Below are positions 48,667-58,910 of a stretch of 64,000 nucleotides of DNA, piece by piece. The DNA comes from a virus (lineage: Duplodnaviria > Caudoviricetes). The stretch lies in the IMG/VR virus record IMGVR_UViG_3300011008_000002; one strand, written 5' to 3'. The position numbers and the translations under genes are program-made. The notes under the pieces are model-generated. The model did no database searches. It had not been told where the DNA came from and saw only the letters and a program-made list of their open reading frames with translations. Each line of letters opens with the position of its first letter. The first letter of the stretch is position 1.

Positions 48667-49965
48667 TCAGAACGAATACTTAGCTGCCATATCAAGGATG
48701 CTCTGCACAGCAGACTCAGCCGTAGCTTCCTCATCATCATCGCCACCCTTAGCAGCCTTCTTTCCGTCGTCTCCGCCCTTGCCGCCGTCGCAATCTTCAC
48801 AATCCTCTCCTTCGAGAACCAGGCTGGACTCAAGAGCTGCGAAAGCATCCACATCGAATACACCCATGGACTCCTGCTTCGGATTGTAATTGTAAAATCC
48901 CTTCAATGCACCAAGCCAACTGCTGGACATTTCCTTATAGATCTCAATACGGACATTGCAAGCATCCTTTACTGCATTGAGCAGTGCAGAAATCTTACCG
49001 GAAATGTTAGAGGCATGAGAAACCTTGTTGCTGGCTGCGGTACGAGCCGCGTCATCGGCATCACTAGCCGTCTCTTCTTTGAAATTGTTAAGCTTCTTAA
49101 CGACATCATTGACTTTAGTTTCAAAGCTGTTTAAATCCTTCTGAAGCTTATCAATCGTATCCTTAGACTTCTCAAGGAAATCAACCATATCTCCTACGTT
49201 GTTTCCAGAGAAATCAACAATCTCCCTCTTATCGGTATCACCGTTACGATACTTAAGAGTAAGTTCCTCCTTAAGCTGCGTCGTATCGGAAACATCAACC
49301 GCCGAAAGCTTTCTAAGGACATCTTCAAGATACTCATTGGCACTCTTAGCCTTTTCGCCGTCAAACGTATCGCTCAACTTAGACTTCATCATTTCATCGA
49401 ATTCAGCCTGAGACTTAGCATCATTGGCAATACTGAAACCATCACCAATAAGCGCATCCATCTTCTTCGTGAGCGCATCCTTGACACTCTGGACAGCAGA
49501 GTCACCTTCAGATTTCTTATAGACATATCCTTTATAGGAATATCCCTTGACCTTCGAAGCCTTATCTTTTACGGTCTTACCAAACTTCTTGACAAAATCT
49601 CCCGCATTGGAGAACATTGCCTTGAACCAGTCGATGACCTTCTTATAGAAAGCCTGAACCTTAGCAAGGAACTTCTGAAAAGCCGCCTTGATCTTTGCAA
49701 TACCATTTCCAATGATACCCTCAGATACCGCCACCATATCGAAGGACTCTCCTACACGCTGAGCCCGAATTGCCTGTGCCGCACCTATAACATCCGCCGC
49801 CATGTAAGCCTTCTCAGCTTCCATGATATCCGAAAACAGGTCTGCACACGCCGAAGTCATATAACTCGATTCTGCAACAGCAGAGGTACTGAAATCATAG
49901 CTGGGCATTCCATCATTACGAGATGCATTAGCACCTTCCATGATAACACTCGCAAGCATACTCAT
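48667..49965 (-). CDS. internal head protein-like, paralog 2
   Basis: IMEG/VAES/VSEG followed by IAKIKAAFQKFLAKVQAFYKKV; homologous to its neighbours. Confidence 0.55.
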   Translation of the reverse strand: MSMLASVIMEGANASRNDGMPSYDFSTSAVAESSYMTSACADLFSDIMEAEKAYMAADVIGAAQAIRAQRVGESFDMVAVSEGIIGNGIAKIKAAFQKFLAKVQAFYKKVIDWFKAMFSNAGDFVKKFGKTVKDKASKVKGYSYKGYVYKKSEGDSAVQSVKDALTKKMDALIGDGFSIANDAKSQAEFDEMMKSKLSDTFDGEKAKSANEYLEDVLRKLSAVDVSDTTQLKEELTLKYRNGDTDKREIVDFSGNNVGDMVDFLEKSKDTIDKLQKDLNSFETKVNDVVKKLNNFKEETASDADDAARTAASNKVSHASNISGKISALLNAVKDACNVRIEIYKEMSSSWLGALKGFYNYNPKQESMGVFDVDAFAALESSLVLEGEDCEDCDGGKGGDDGKKAAKGGDDDEEATAESAVQSILDMAAKYSF

Positions 49966-49967
49966 GA

Positions 49968-51080
49968 TTACTTACCTCCTTTATTCTTTCTTGCATACGC
50001 AAACGCACCAGTAAGTGCCTTCTTGTACGCAGCATTCCGTTCAACAACAGCAGTCTTAACCGCGTTGTTCTTCTTATTCTCAAGAGACTGAATCTTGGTA
50101 ACAATTGCCGACAACGCATGATAGGTATTGGTGACATTACTAGCCCCAGCAGAGTTGTACTTATAGGTGACCGCACCATTTTTTCTTTCAATCATACCGT
50201 CGGAATTCTTTTCCAACTTGTTGAAACTGTTCTCAGCAGATTTGATCCCATCAAGAATCTTACCGTAGTTCCGATCAGCGTTCTTAATCGCGCTGTCAAT
50301 ATTTGAAATGACATCGTTGGAACTCTTAAGCGCCGTAATCGCATCATCAAAGAAACTAGATACTTCAACATCATCAGTATCGCTCTGACCCTTCGCGCCA
50401 GAACGCATATTTGACCAGAGTATATCATCATACTCGTCTTCGTTAGCATCCTTTCCAAGAATGGTCATTACAGCCTTCTTGTATTCTTTTTCAAACTCGT
50501 CTTTGATAAATCCTTCATCAAGTTCAGATACCTTGCTCACCTTAGTGTCATAATTGTTATTAAGAGCAGCGTCTATGGAACCCTCAGCCACCTTATTCAC
50601 ATTATCAAAAAGACTACTCAACTTTCCATCGTTCAAATACTTATCGAAAGAATACTTGAACATGGAAATCTTATAGCCCTTCAGATCGTTCCTAATAGCC
50701 TTCAGATCATCGGCATAAGTTTCGACCCACTTCCTGTCATTACCGAAGATACCAGTGAGATACCTCTTGATATTGTGAAGAAAATCCTTAACCTTGTCCC
50801 TCAAGTTAATGAAGAACTGCTTAATCTTTTCCCAAGCGCCCTTGATAGACGCTTCCATAACGGACGCCTGCGAAGACTCCTCAACGCATGTCGCACCCTC
50901 TAACGCAGCCTGGATTTCGCAAGAATTCGGTACATAGAAAATCGACTCATAGATATCCCTAAGTGCTTCCGCCGATTCCATCGCGATCATACCTGCGCCA
51001 TTCTCATGATCATAGTGGTGGTTGAGCTTTGCCGTCCCGTAGGACGCTCCCTCCATAATCATAGTCGCAAGATTAGACAT
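49968..51080 (-). CDS. internal head protein-like, paralog 3
   Basis: IMEG/AMES/ALEG/VMEA followed by WEKIKQFFINLRDKVKDF. Confidence 0.55.
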   Translation of the reverse strand: MSNLATMIMEGASYGTAKLNHHYDHENGAGMIAMESAEALRDIYESIFYVPNSCEIQAALEGATCVEESSQASVMEASIKGAWEKIKQFFINLRDKVKDFLHNIKRYLTGIFGNDRKWVETYADDLKAIRNDLKGYKISMFKYSFDKYLNDGKLSSLFDNVNKVAEGSIDAALNNNYDTKVSKVSELDEGFIKDEFEKEYKKAVMTILGKDANEDEYDDILWSNMRSGAKGQSDTDDVEVSSFFDDAITALKSSNDVISNIDSAIKNADRNYGKILDGIKSAENSFNKLEKNSDGMIERKNGAVTYKYNSAGASNVTNTYHALSAIVTKIQSLENKKNNAVKTAVVERNAAYKKALTGAFAYARKNKGGK

Positions 51081-51143
51081 GATTATTTACCTCCTTTTAC
51101 ATATTTTTCATTCTTTGTAGTTTGTACAAATTACAAAGCACTT

Positions 51144-52157
51144 CTAAACAATCGTAAAGCCTGCGCCTTCCGTCTTGTTCGAGTACATTGTCTTTTCGAT
51201 ATTTTGCAGAGAGAAACCTTTGTTGTCGTCAGCAACTTGTTTCTTCGCGAGGGCACCGATATCCTCATCATTGATTTTGAGCTTGTCGGCTGTACGCCGA
51301 AGTTTAAGAATTATTTTTTCCTGTTTCTTCAGTATCTCCTGCTTTTCTTTAGCAGACTTGCTTGATGCCTGTACACCAAGCTTATTGAGTTCGAGGAAAT
51401 ACGCCTGCATTTCCAAATAGTCAGACAGTTTCACCTTTGTACGGTAAAAGAAATAGATAAGTTGCCTTGTCACAGGGATAACGGATACCAATGCTGTAAT
51501 AACAACCCCAGTGATAACGATTCCAGTTCCAGTGAAATTTTTCCTCTGGGCATCCAGCAAATATGTACTCATTGTTTCGAAGTGACCGACCTTAACCTCG
51601 TCATTGAACCGCCTTAGGTTATCGAGAGATATTCTCCCTCTGCCTTTATCGTTCCTCGACCTACTATCATATTGTGACTGCTCAGGTCCCAAAAGATAGT
51701 TCATATAGTCGGCAATTATCATTGACGTTGCATCAATGATTGCCATTACGATTGTGTTATAAAACAGAATCAAATAATCCTGCTTCATTTGAAATGCGCT
51801 CTCAAATGTAGGGGTATATTTTTTCATGTTCACAATAGCTTGCCTAACAATATCAACCTCAGTGGTTGGAATATTGTTCTTAACCATGAGCTCTGATAAA
51901 ATATCTAAGCTCTCCTCTGTAGATTTCATATACTTGCACTTGGTAATGCTACCTTTAGAGTCAGGGATATCACCGAAGTCGCAATCCTTCCTCTCTAATA
52001 TGGTCTTATAAAGACCCTGAACCAAAGTGCCGTTAATCTGATGTACGTCATCCTTACTCATAGTTTGGATATATCTTTTATCGTCTGAGGAAGAAGCTTC
52101 CATGACGATAGGTGATACCTTGACTACATCAGGATACCATCCAAAATTCGAAGCCAT
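51144..52157 (-). CDS. putative virion protein
   Basis: VMEA site near the N-terminus; hydrophobic segment; late operon. Confidence 0.5.
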   Translation of the reverse strand: MASNFGWYPDVVKVSPIVMEASSSDDKRYIQTMSKDDVHQINGTLVQGLYKTILERKDCDFGDIPDSKGSITKCKYMKSTEESLDILSELMVKNNIPTTEVDIVRQAIVNMKKYTPTFESAFQMKQDYLILFYNTIVMAIIDATSMIIADYMNYLLGPEQSQYDSRSRNDKGRGRISLDNLRRFNDEVKVGHFETMSTYLLDAQRKNFTGTGIVITGVVITALVSVIPVTRQLIYFFYRTKVKLSDYLEMQAYFLELNKLGVQASSKSAKEKQEILKKQEKIILKLRRTADKLKINDEDIGALAKKQVADDNKGFSLQNIEKTMYSNKTEGAGFTIV

Positions 52158-52158
52158 A

Positions 52159-53556
52159 TCACATACTCCTTCCTAACATCTTCATCATGTTCTTGAACGC
52201 CTTGTCGTCATTTTGTCCTTCCCTACGAAGTGTATCATAGGTATACGTGTCCGTTGTATCAATACCATCAAAACGGAAAGTTGCTCTCTGAGTTACCGGA
52301 TTTACAATGACATATCCGAGCAGGAAATAGATATTCATCAAACGATTTATAACCATCTCGTTGCTCATATCGTATCCATAGTTCTCAAGGATATACTCGA
52401 TTGTAGATTGAGAAATGACCAGAGTTGCATTAGGCATAATGGACTTCTTTGTGAGTTGAAGCTTTGACTTAGAAGCCATCGCTCTGCGCTTTAATGCAGG
52501 TCTCCACCCTGTAACATCATTTCCACTGTCCTTCGCATCCATCTTGATTGCATCAAGTGCAAACATAAAATCCTTAAAAAACTTAATCTCTCCCGTTGTC
52601 CAACGAATGAAATTGAATATAACATCTTCGTTTCTCATCCCAGATACAACCATACGGGCAATTTCAGAAGCAGGTATCGGATGGAGAGTTGCTTTCACGC
52701 CCATGACAAAATCAATAGGAGTAAGCTCCTCTTTGGTGAATTTATCTACCGGATATACCCTTACATGAAGAAGTGTAGGAACCAAATCATTGGCTTTCTT
52801 ACAGTCATTGTCGGTAAGAGTCCTCCATTGACCACCCCTTCCACCGCCACCAGATGAAGGTATTTTGACATTTACATTGTTATGAACATCTACGTTACGA
52901 TTAGTAACATTAGCTTTATCACCAAAGCTTACATTACCACCACTTGTACTCAATTCAACGTTGTTTGTGTTATACGTATTGAACGTATCACCATCAGAAC
53001 GACGAGCTTCCATAGTAGGAAGTCTCCTCTCAAAACGTGCATTCAAGCTATCCGGAGCAGCCATTTCCCTAACGGTATAGTTAAATCTGGCATTGATATC
53101 CTGCGGAATGGATGCCTTTACTCCCTCATAGATAACAGAAGCCAACCTAAAAGCCTCACTCTCTAAGGTGGTATATTCCATATTGTTATTATCCGCAGAT
53201 TCTTTTACAAAATCCAACAAGCTGAGACGATACTTCTCTTTGTCACCAGATACTCTCATATTCTGATGGAATTGTTTCATATAAGCAGAGGCAGAGGGGG
53301 TTACTCCCTTCTCAACCTCAAGATATGGGTCCATCGTAAGCACAGTAAGCAAGAAGGAAGCAAATTTCTTCTCCGCTGCTCGTGCGATAAGACTACTGTC
53401 ATCCAAAGACATACTATCGTCTACAAGGACAGGGAAATTTGCTGTACCTTCCATAGCGGCTGACGAGATAGACCGTTTGGAACTGTATATGCCAGCTTCA
53501 GCAAACTGAGCTTTAATATCTTGCATAGTGCTGAGGGCATCTCTAATTTCACTCAC
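52159..53556 (-). CDS. putative virion protein
   Basis: AAGGAGG RBS with GTG start; ACAA-N5-TAA at 53583-53594; AMEG/TLES/TMEA sites. Confidence 0.5.
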   Translation of the reverse strand: MSEIRDALSTMQDIKAQFAEAGIYSSKRSISSAAMEGTANFPVLVDDSMSLDDSSLIARAAEKKFASFLLTVLTMDPYLEVEKGVTPSASAYMKQFHQNMRVSGDKEKYRLSLLDFVKESADNNNMEYTTLESEAFRLASVIYEGVKASIPQDINARFNYTVREMAAPDSLNARFERRLPTMEARRSDGDTFNTYNTNNVELSTSGGNVSFGDKANVTNRNVDVHNNVNVKIPSSGGGGRGGQWRTLTDNDCKKANDLVPTLLHVRVYPVDKFTKEELTPIDFVMGVKATLHPIPASEIARMVVSGMRNEDVIFNFIRWTTGEIKFFKDFMFALDAIKMDAKDSGNDVTGWRPALKRRAMASKSKLQLTKKSIMPNATLVISQSTIEYILENYGYDMSNEMVINRLMNIYFLLGYVIVNPVTQRATFRFDGIDTTDTYTYDTLRREGQNDDKAFKNMMKMLGRSM

Positions 53557-53659
53557 GTTAGTTACCTCCTTTATTTATAGATTTATTGTTTTGTTTCATA
53601 GGCAGAATACACGAATAACAGAGGAGACAGTACTATGACTACTCCTCTTTTATGTAGTT

Positions 53660-53953
53660 TCACTGACCGAACTTTATATTCATAAGTTCTTTCAAATAAG
53701 CTTGAGGGTCATTTTCATAAAGTTCTGCTGTATTTACCATCTTCTCTATAATACCGTATATGGCTTTGTATTTAGGAGAGTTCTTAACTTTACTTTTCCA
53801 CTCAGTTATTTCTTCTCTTGTCGCAATACCCTTTTCCATCATAATTTGGAGAGATGTCTGTGCATCAACAGCAGCTTGTACTATAAGACCCAATGTATAT
53901 GCTTCTTTCTTAAGCTCATCTGGTTTGTAAATATTAGCAGCCACTTTTATCAC
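53660..53953 (-). CDS. hypothetical protein
   Basis: 97-aa ORF between two terminators. Confidence 0.55.
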   Translation of the reverse strand: MIKVAANIYKPDELKKEAYTLGLIVQAAVDAQTSLQIMMEKGIATREEITEWKSKVKNSPKYKAIYGIIEKMVNTAELYENDPQAYLKELMNIKFGQ

Positions 53954-54041
53954 TTCCTTTCCAATAATTTTATTGAATTGTCAAAATGTATACAAAAAAT
54001 AATAGAGTGAGACAAAATCAATCGTCTCACTCCATCTTTAT

Positions 54042-54404
54042 TTAACTCACACCGAATACTTTTCCAACAGCAGCACCAATCGCATGAATGGCACTATCAC
54101 CTATACCTAAAGATGCTGAAGTTTTATGACTATCATTAACTTCAGAATTTATTTCAGTATAGGATTTCCGCTCCATGTTGATATTGAACTCAGGTGATAC
54201 AGTTACATTACTTTCTTTCTCCGCATGTACTTGTATCGTCGGGTTCATATTCACATAAGTAATCTCTTGCATTGGAGCGTCATCTTGTTGTTTCGGGCAT
54301 TTCACTTCTCTATCTGAGCCTCCAAGATCGTGGTAAACATTGTTCATCCCATTAAGAATAGAATCGACTGGGTCAGCTCCAAAAATATCACTAAATATTC
54401 CCAT
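54042..54404 (-). CDS. hypothetical protein
   Basis: GGAGG RBS; TATATTAA motif upstream (~54535-54542); terminator ~53990-54033. Confidence 0.6.
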   Translation of the reverse strand: MGIFSDIFGADPVDSILNGMNNVYHDLGGSDREVKCPKQQDDAPMQEITYVNMNPTIQVHAEKESNVTVSPEFNINMERKSYTEINSEVNDSHKTSASLGIGDSAIHAIGAAVGKVFGVS

Positions 54405-54627
54405 GGTACTAAATTAACCTCCCTTTCCCTTAGATGCTTTTTAACAAAACTACTATTTTGAGGGGGAGAGATGATGGTTTAGTACCGTCATTTCTTTATT
54501 CTATGGTTCCTTTCACTACCATATTTCATTTTCTTAATATATACACATCAAATTCTTTGAATTATGCCCATTTGCACAAACCTGTAATCATAAAGATTAT
54601 AATGGAAGAAAGGGGGTAATCTCACGG

Positions 54628-56136
54628 ATGAACTCTACAACTAAAGTAGTTGGACAAGTTGCATATAAAGACGCAGCTGGAAATACAACGTATCGTACAT
54701 ATACTCAGTACAAACAAACCGTTATAGCATCAGATGATAATGGTTATAATCAGGGACTAAAAAACACCGAATCTGTGTCTCTAACTGGATTGAAGGATAA
54801 TGAACTAAATAAATCGTATGATTATTTGAGGATGGAAGACTATACTGGAAGTATAAAATCAACTAATACTCAAGTTCCTACACTAATGACCGCAAATGGA
54901 CGAATAACAAGGTATCAGGCATACACATATACTCCCGGTAGAGATCCAAAATCAACAAAAGGTTCTGGAAATCCACATAGAGATAGTACTACTGGTTTAA
55001 TAACCAACTTCAAAGATGATAAGGGCAATCAAATATTGGAGCAAAATCCTAAATCTTTAGGAGTTGACAAAGAATATCCTAAAGTATTAGTTGACCCCAA
55101 TAAAAGTGATGACCCACTTGTCGGTGCGTATAAGTATGATTATACATTGGAGATACAAGATAACCTAAAGGCAGAGATAAAAAAGATAAAGGATAATCTT
55201 AATATCCCTTCTGCATATAACAGGTTGGAATTGAACAAAAAGTTCCACCAAGAATTCAATAGATTTCATGTCCAATATCCAGATTACTTCATGAATAATA
55301 CAATCGGGTATGTATTTTTCACACGACCCGATTTGAATTTGTTTGAACCGAATTCGGATGTAATCTTAAGTCAGATTGCGAATGATCCGCAGTTATATTA
55401 TGTAATAAAAGCTAATCCCGAGACGGCAAAGCTTTTAACTGCGGGATATTCATCAGACCATCATTTCAATACATTATTGTCAAATACAGTAATGTCTCTT
55501 GATATTTCTGATATGGCAATTGATACTTTGGAAACTGGTGAAACAATGACTGGGTTTAAGACTCAATATGCAAAAAGCAATGTTCGTTCGTTGACAGCAG
55601 GTACATTGAGTATCACATTCCCAGAAATATATAACATGGCAATCACTCAGATGCATCAATTATGGTGCGGATATGAAAGTGGAGTATATCGTGGTTCATT
55701 GAAACCGAAGGATGAGTATATTTGGTACAAAGAACTTGATTATGCCTGTGACATATACTATTTTTTAGTAGATGCCGAAGATATGATTATACGATATTGG
55801 GCAAAATACATAGGATGCTTTCCTTTGAATGTAAATCACAGTGTATTTTCACATAATGGTGAAAATCAAATCAACCATCCAAGCCTAAATATCTCTTATG
55901 CTTATTTTGGAAGAGAAGATATGAGCTTACAAACATTCTATGAATTTAACAAAAATTCTGGGGGGATTGACAAAAATAACTATATCTACAGAGCTAATTA
56001 CATACCACAACTCGGAAGCAGTGGAAGTACGTGGTCTGGTGCTCCATTTATAGAACCAATATCTCGACCAGCAGCTAAAGGTTGGTCAGTACAATCAGAA
56101 TTATATGCTTTAAGGTTTAAGCCTTCATACGCATAA
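54628..56136 (+). CDS. tail-tube-like/baseplate protein
   Basis: VFFTRPDLNL...KY.GCFP pattern of tube-fold proteins; ACAA-N5-TAA at 54576-54587. Confidence 0.5.
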   Translation: MNSTTKVVGQVAYKDAAGNTTYRTYTQYKQTVIASDDNGYNQGLKNTESVSLTGLKDNELNKSYDYLRMEDYTGSIKSTNTQVPTLMTANGRITRYQAYTYTPGRDPKSTKGSGNPHRDSTTGLITNFKDDKGNQILEQNPKSLGVDKEYPKVLVDPNKSDDPLVGAYKYDYTLEIQDNLKAEIKKIKDNLNIPSAYNRLELNKKFHQEFNRFHVQYPDYFMNNTIGYVFFTRPDLNLFEPNSDVILSQIANDPQLYYVIKANPETAKLLTAGYSSDHHFNTLLSNTVMSLDISDMAIDTLETGETMTGFKTQYAKSNVRSLTAGTLSITFPEIYNMAITQMHQLWCGYESGVYRGSLKPKDEYIWYKELDYACDIYYFLVDAEDMIIRYWAKYIGCFPLNVNHSVFSHNGENQINHPSLNISYAYFGREDMSLQTFYEFNKNSGGIDKNNYIYRANYIPQLGSSGSTWSGAPFIEPISRPAAKGWSVQSELYALRFKPSYA

Positions 56137-56153
56137 GAAAGGAGAAGTAAAGT

Positions 56154-58859
56154 ATGCCTACAACTACAGATTACAGTTCTATATATACAGTAAAGGACTT
56201 CTATCAAACTCACATCCTTCCTTTATTTTTTGACAAAGATAAACTTGCACTAGCAACATCAGGAACTTTAGGTTTATTTCTGGATATAACCGGTACAACG
56301 ACCGAAGATATGATTAATATCATGGGTCGTTATATTAATGAAATTATGCCCGGAAGAGCCGAACTCCCTGATTTCATTTATGCTAATGCAGCTAACTACG
56401 GTATTACTGATATACTTGCGAAACCTGCAAAAGCTTCAATGCTTTTATTGGTAAAGGAAGATGATGTGAATACTTACGGGAAAACAGTGGGTGGTCATAA
56501 AGAGTTCGTAATTGACTCGGATATGAGTATTCTCATTGATGATTTATACTATAGTATTCCATTCAATATCAAAATTCGTTCTAGTCAATATAATGGGGAA
56601 TATAACCATATGGCATTCTATGATATGGATTATATCAACTCTATATCAGAAGAAAAAATCCCATTCATAAAGACTATGAAAACTCTCATAAACGGTGACG
56701 TCTGGCTCGTATTAAGGGTAACCGTATATCAATACGTACGTCAGGAATACAATATTCCTATCAACACTAATAGCATACTGAATATTCCATATTCGGATGT
56801 GGAATTTTCTGACCAGTTGTGTAATTTTGAAGTATTTTATACTCCAAATAATTCTACAAAAGAAATTCAACTGATAAAGAGGATGGATAACACTATTCCC
56901 CTCACTGACCCGTTTGTATTCTATAAGTTTACAAGTGATACATCATTAAGGTTATCATTCGCAAACGATGACCGTTATTTCCTTCCAGACTACGGTTCTA
57001 ATATACGAGTATTAACGTATGAAACTAAGGGCTCCGCAGGTATATTCGGAAAGTTCAAGGAGGGGCTTGATGTAAATATTCGAGCGGATACAAAGAATGA
57101 AGATATTGCTTACAATAGAAATATCTTTCCTATGGGACTCACTCAAGGTGATTCAAAAGGTGGGAGAGATCAGTTACAATTAGGGGAAATAAAAACTCTT
57201 ACCTCAGAAGCTCAAGTAACCGTCAAATCTTATACAACTGATAACGACCTTGATAAATTCTTTAACAGTTTCGCGTCCATCTATAAACACGATGCGAAAT
57301 TTGTAAGGCAGAGAGATGACATCGCGGGAAGAGATTTTGGTTGTTTTACCAGAGTTGGGGATGGGGTTAATATTTTTCCTACTAATACTCTGGACATGAG
57401 ATTAGATGTTACTGACATAGATAAGCATTTCTCTTCATTAAGACAATACATTGTTAAGGCAGGAACTAGGTTCCAATACGAAAATAGTCGTACCGCAAGT
57501 ATTGTTAAAAAGAAGCAAGCTGATGCTGAGACGGAAGAGATAGAGTATGCAATAGCCCCGCTTATGGTTATTACTACAAAACCAAATAAAGTAAGCTATT
57601 ATATGAATACCATAGATCATGATGTACAAGTTGATTATAAGTATTTCAATGCTGATGTTCCGTTCAATTTTGTAGTGAAAAACTTGAATGTATACCGAAA
57701 TGCGGTGCAAGGTGAAGAAGAATATACTATCACACTTCAGTTAGCTCGTGTTGATGGAGTATTTAATGATGTACAAGCTACAGATTTTGAACTTCAATCA
57801 ACCAATGGTGAAATCGAAATTGATAAGTTCAAGGTTATTATGACATTTGATACAAACGTTGGTAATTACGTTGAACTTCAGTTTGACCATCAGGAAGAAT
57901 TCGACACTACAGAAGAAACAGAGGAAGAGTCCGAAGAGGATGAAGAAGAACCCACAAGCGAAGATTATATCTACACATTTGTTGCTAAACTCAAAACTAC
58001 GGATGTAATTGACAATAAACGGATACTTCTTACTAACCTTCTAAAACGAGAAAATAGTGAAGAAGATGAACGATTGGTAGACATCATAGATCCAAAAGTT
58101 CAGGTTGGGGTTTTCTACGATTATGATGATATCATTGGTGGAAATCACGAGTTTACGGATATTGGCTTAGTAAAAAGTTTAACGCTATGTAATATATATG
58201 AGCCACAGGACGATGAATTCTACTTTGCATTCCCGTTGAACTTTATGAGGTCTCATGTCATTTTCGAAGATAAACCTGAAACTCCTGATGGGTTTGGATT
58301 TTATATCAAACAAGTACCGTTATTTGGAGCAGATTTCTTGTTAGATAAAGACTGTGATATTGATAGAATTCTCACAGATATCGCTTCAGAACATGAGTAT
58401 CTATCAGAGTTACCAAGCAAGCTTCACGCTCTTTTTACTATCAACATGAAGTTCTATTGTACTTATGGAAGGAGCAGAAGTTTCTATATCGGATATGGTA
58501 ATAAAGAAGAAATACTAAATCATGTGAACTGTTCGATTGAGCTTGGTATCAAATTCTATGATGGTATTATAGTAGAAGATTACTTGGAACAGATACGTAT
58601 CTTTGTCAAAGATTATTTTGAAAAGATTAATAAGTTGGCTTCCGGTGCCAATCAGGTCTTCATATCATCGTTAAATCAGCAGTTGCACAACAACTTCAAA
58701 GACCAGATAGAATACTTGATATTCTATTCTGTAAACGGGTATGATTCCAAGTATCAGGTAATCAAAATGACTACTCCTATGGATGAAAGTCCTTTACCAG
58801 ATTTCGTACCCGAATATCTCACACTAAAAGCGAGTGATGTGATAATCACGACACTCTAA
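56154..58859 (+). CDS. baseplate wedge protein (T4 gp6-like)
   Basis: L.F......P..GS.I.V..YETKG..G and GGRD motifs typical of gp6/J-like wedge proteins. Confidence 0.6.
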   Translation: MPTTTDYSSIYTVKDFYQTHILPLFFDKDKLALATSGTLGLFLDITGTTTEDMINIMGRYINEIMPGRAELPDFIYANAANYGITDILAKPAKASMLLLVKEDDVNTYGKTVGGHKEFVIDSDMSILIDDLYYSIPFNIKIRSSQYNGEYNHMAFYDMDYINSISEEKIPFIKTMKTLINGDVWLVLRVTVYQYVRQEYNIPINTNSILNIPYSDVEFSDQLCNFEVFYTPNNSTKEIQLIKRMDNTIPLTDPFVFYKFTSDTSLRLSFANDDRYFLPDYGSNIRVLTYETKGSAGIFGKFKEGLDVNIRADTKNEDIAYNRNIFPMGLTQGDSKGGRDQLQLGEIKTLTSEAQVTVKSYTTDNDLDKFFNSFASIYKHDAKFVRQRDDIAGRDFGCFTRVGDGVNIFPTNTLDMRLDVTDIDKHFSSLRQYIVKAGTRFQYENSRTASIVKKKQADAETEEIEYAIAPLMVITTKPNKVSYYMNTIDHDVQVDYKYFNADVPFNFVVKNLNVYRNAVQGEEEYTITLQLARVDGVFNDVQATDFELQSTNGEIEIDKFKVIMTFDTNVGNYVELQFDHQEEFDTTEETEEESEEDEEEPTSEDYIYTFVAKLKTTDVIDNKRILLTNLLKRENSEEDERLVDIIDPKVQVGVFYDYDDIIGGNHEFTDIGLVKSLTLCNIYEPQDDEFYFAFPLNFMRSHVIFEDKPETPDGFGFYIKQVPLFGADFLLDKDCDIDRILTDIASEHEYLSELPSKLHALFTINMKFYCTYGRSRSFYIGYGNKEEILNHVNCSIELGIKFYDGIIVEDYLEQIRIFVKDYFEKINKLASGANQVFISSLNQQLHNNFKDQIEYLIFYSVNGYDSKYQVIKMTTPMDESPLPDFVPEYLTLKASDVIITTL

Positions 58860-58910
58860 GAAGCACGAAAAACAAGGTTATAATCAAATTTATGAAAGGA
58901 GAGAAAAACG

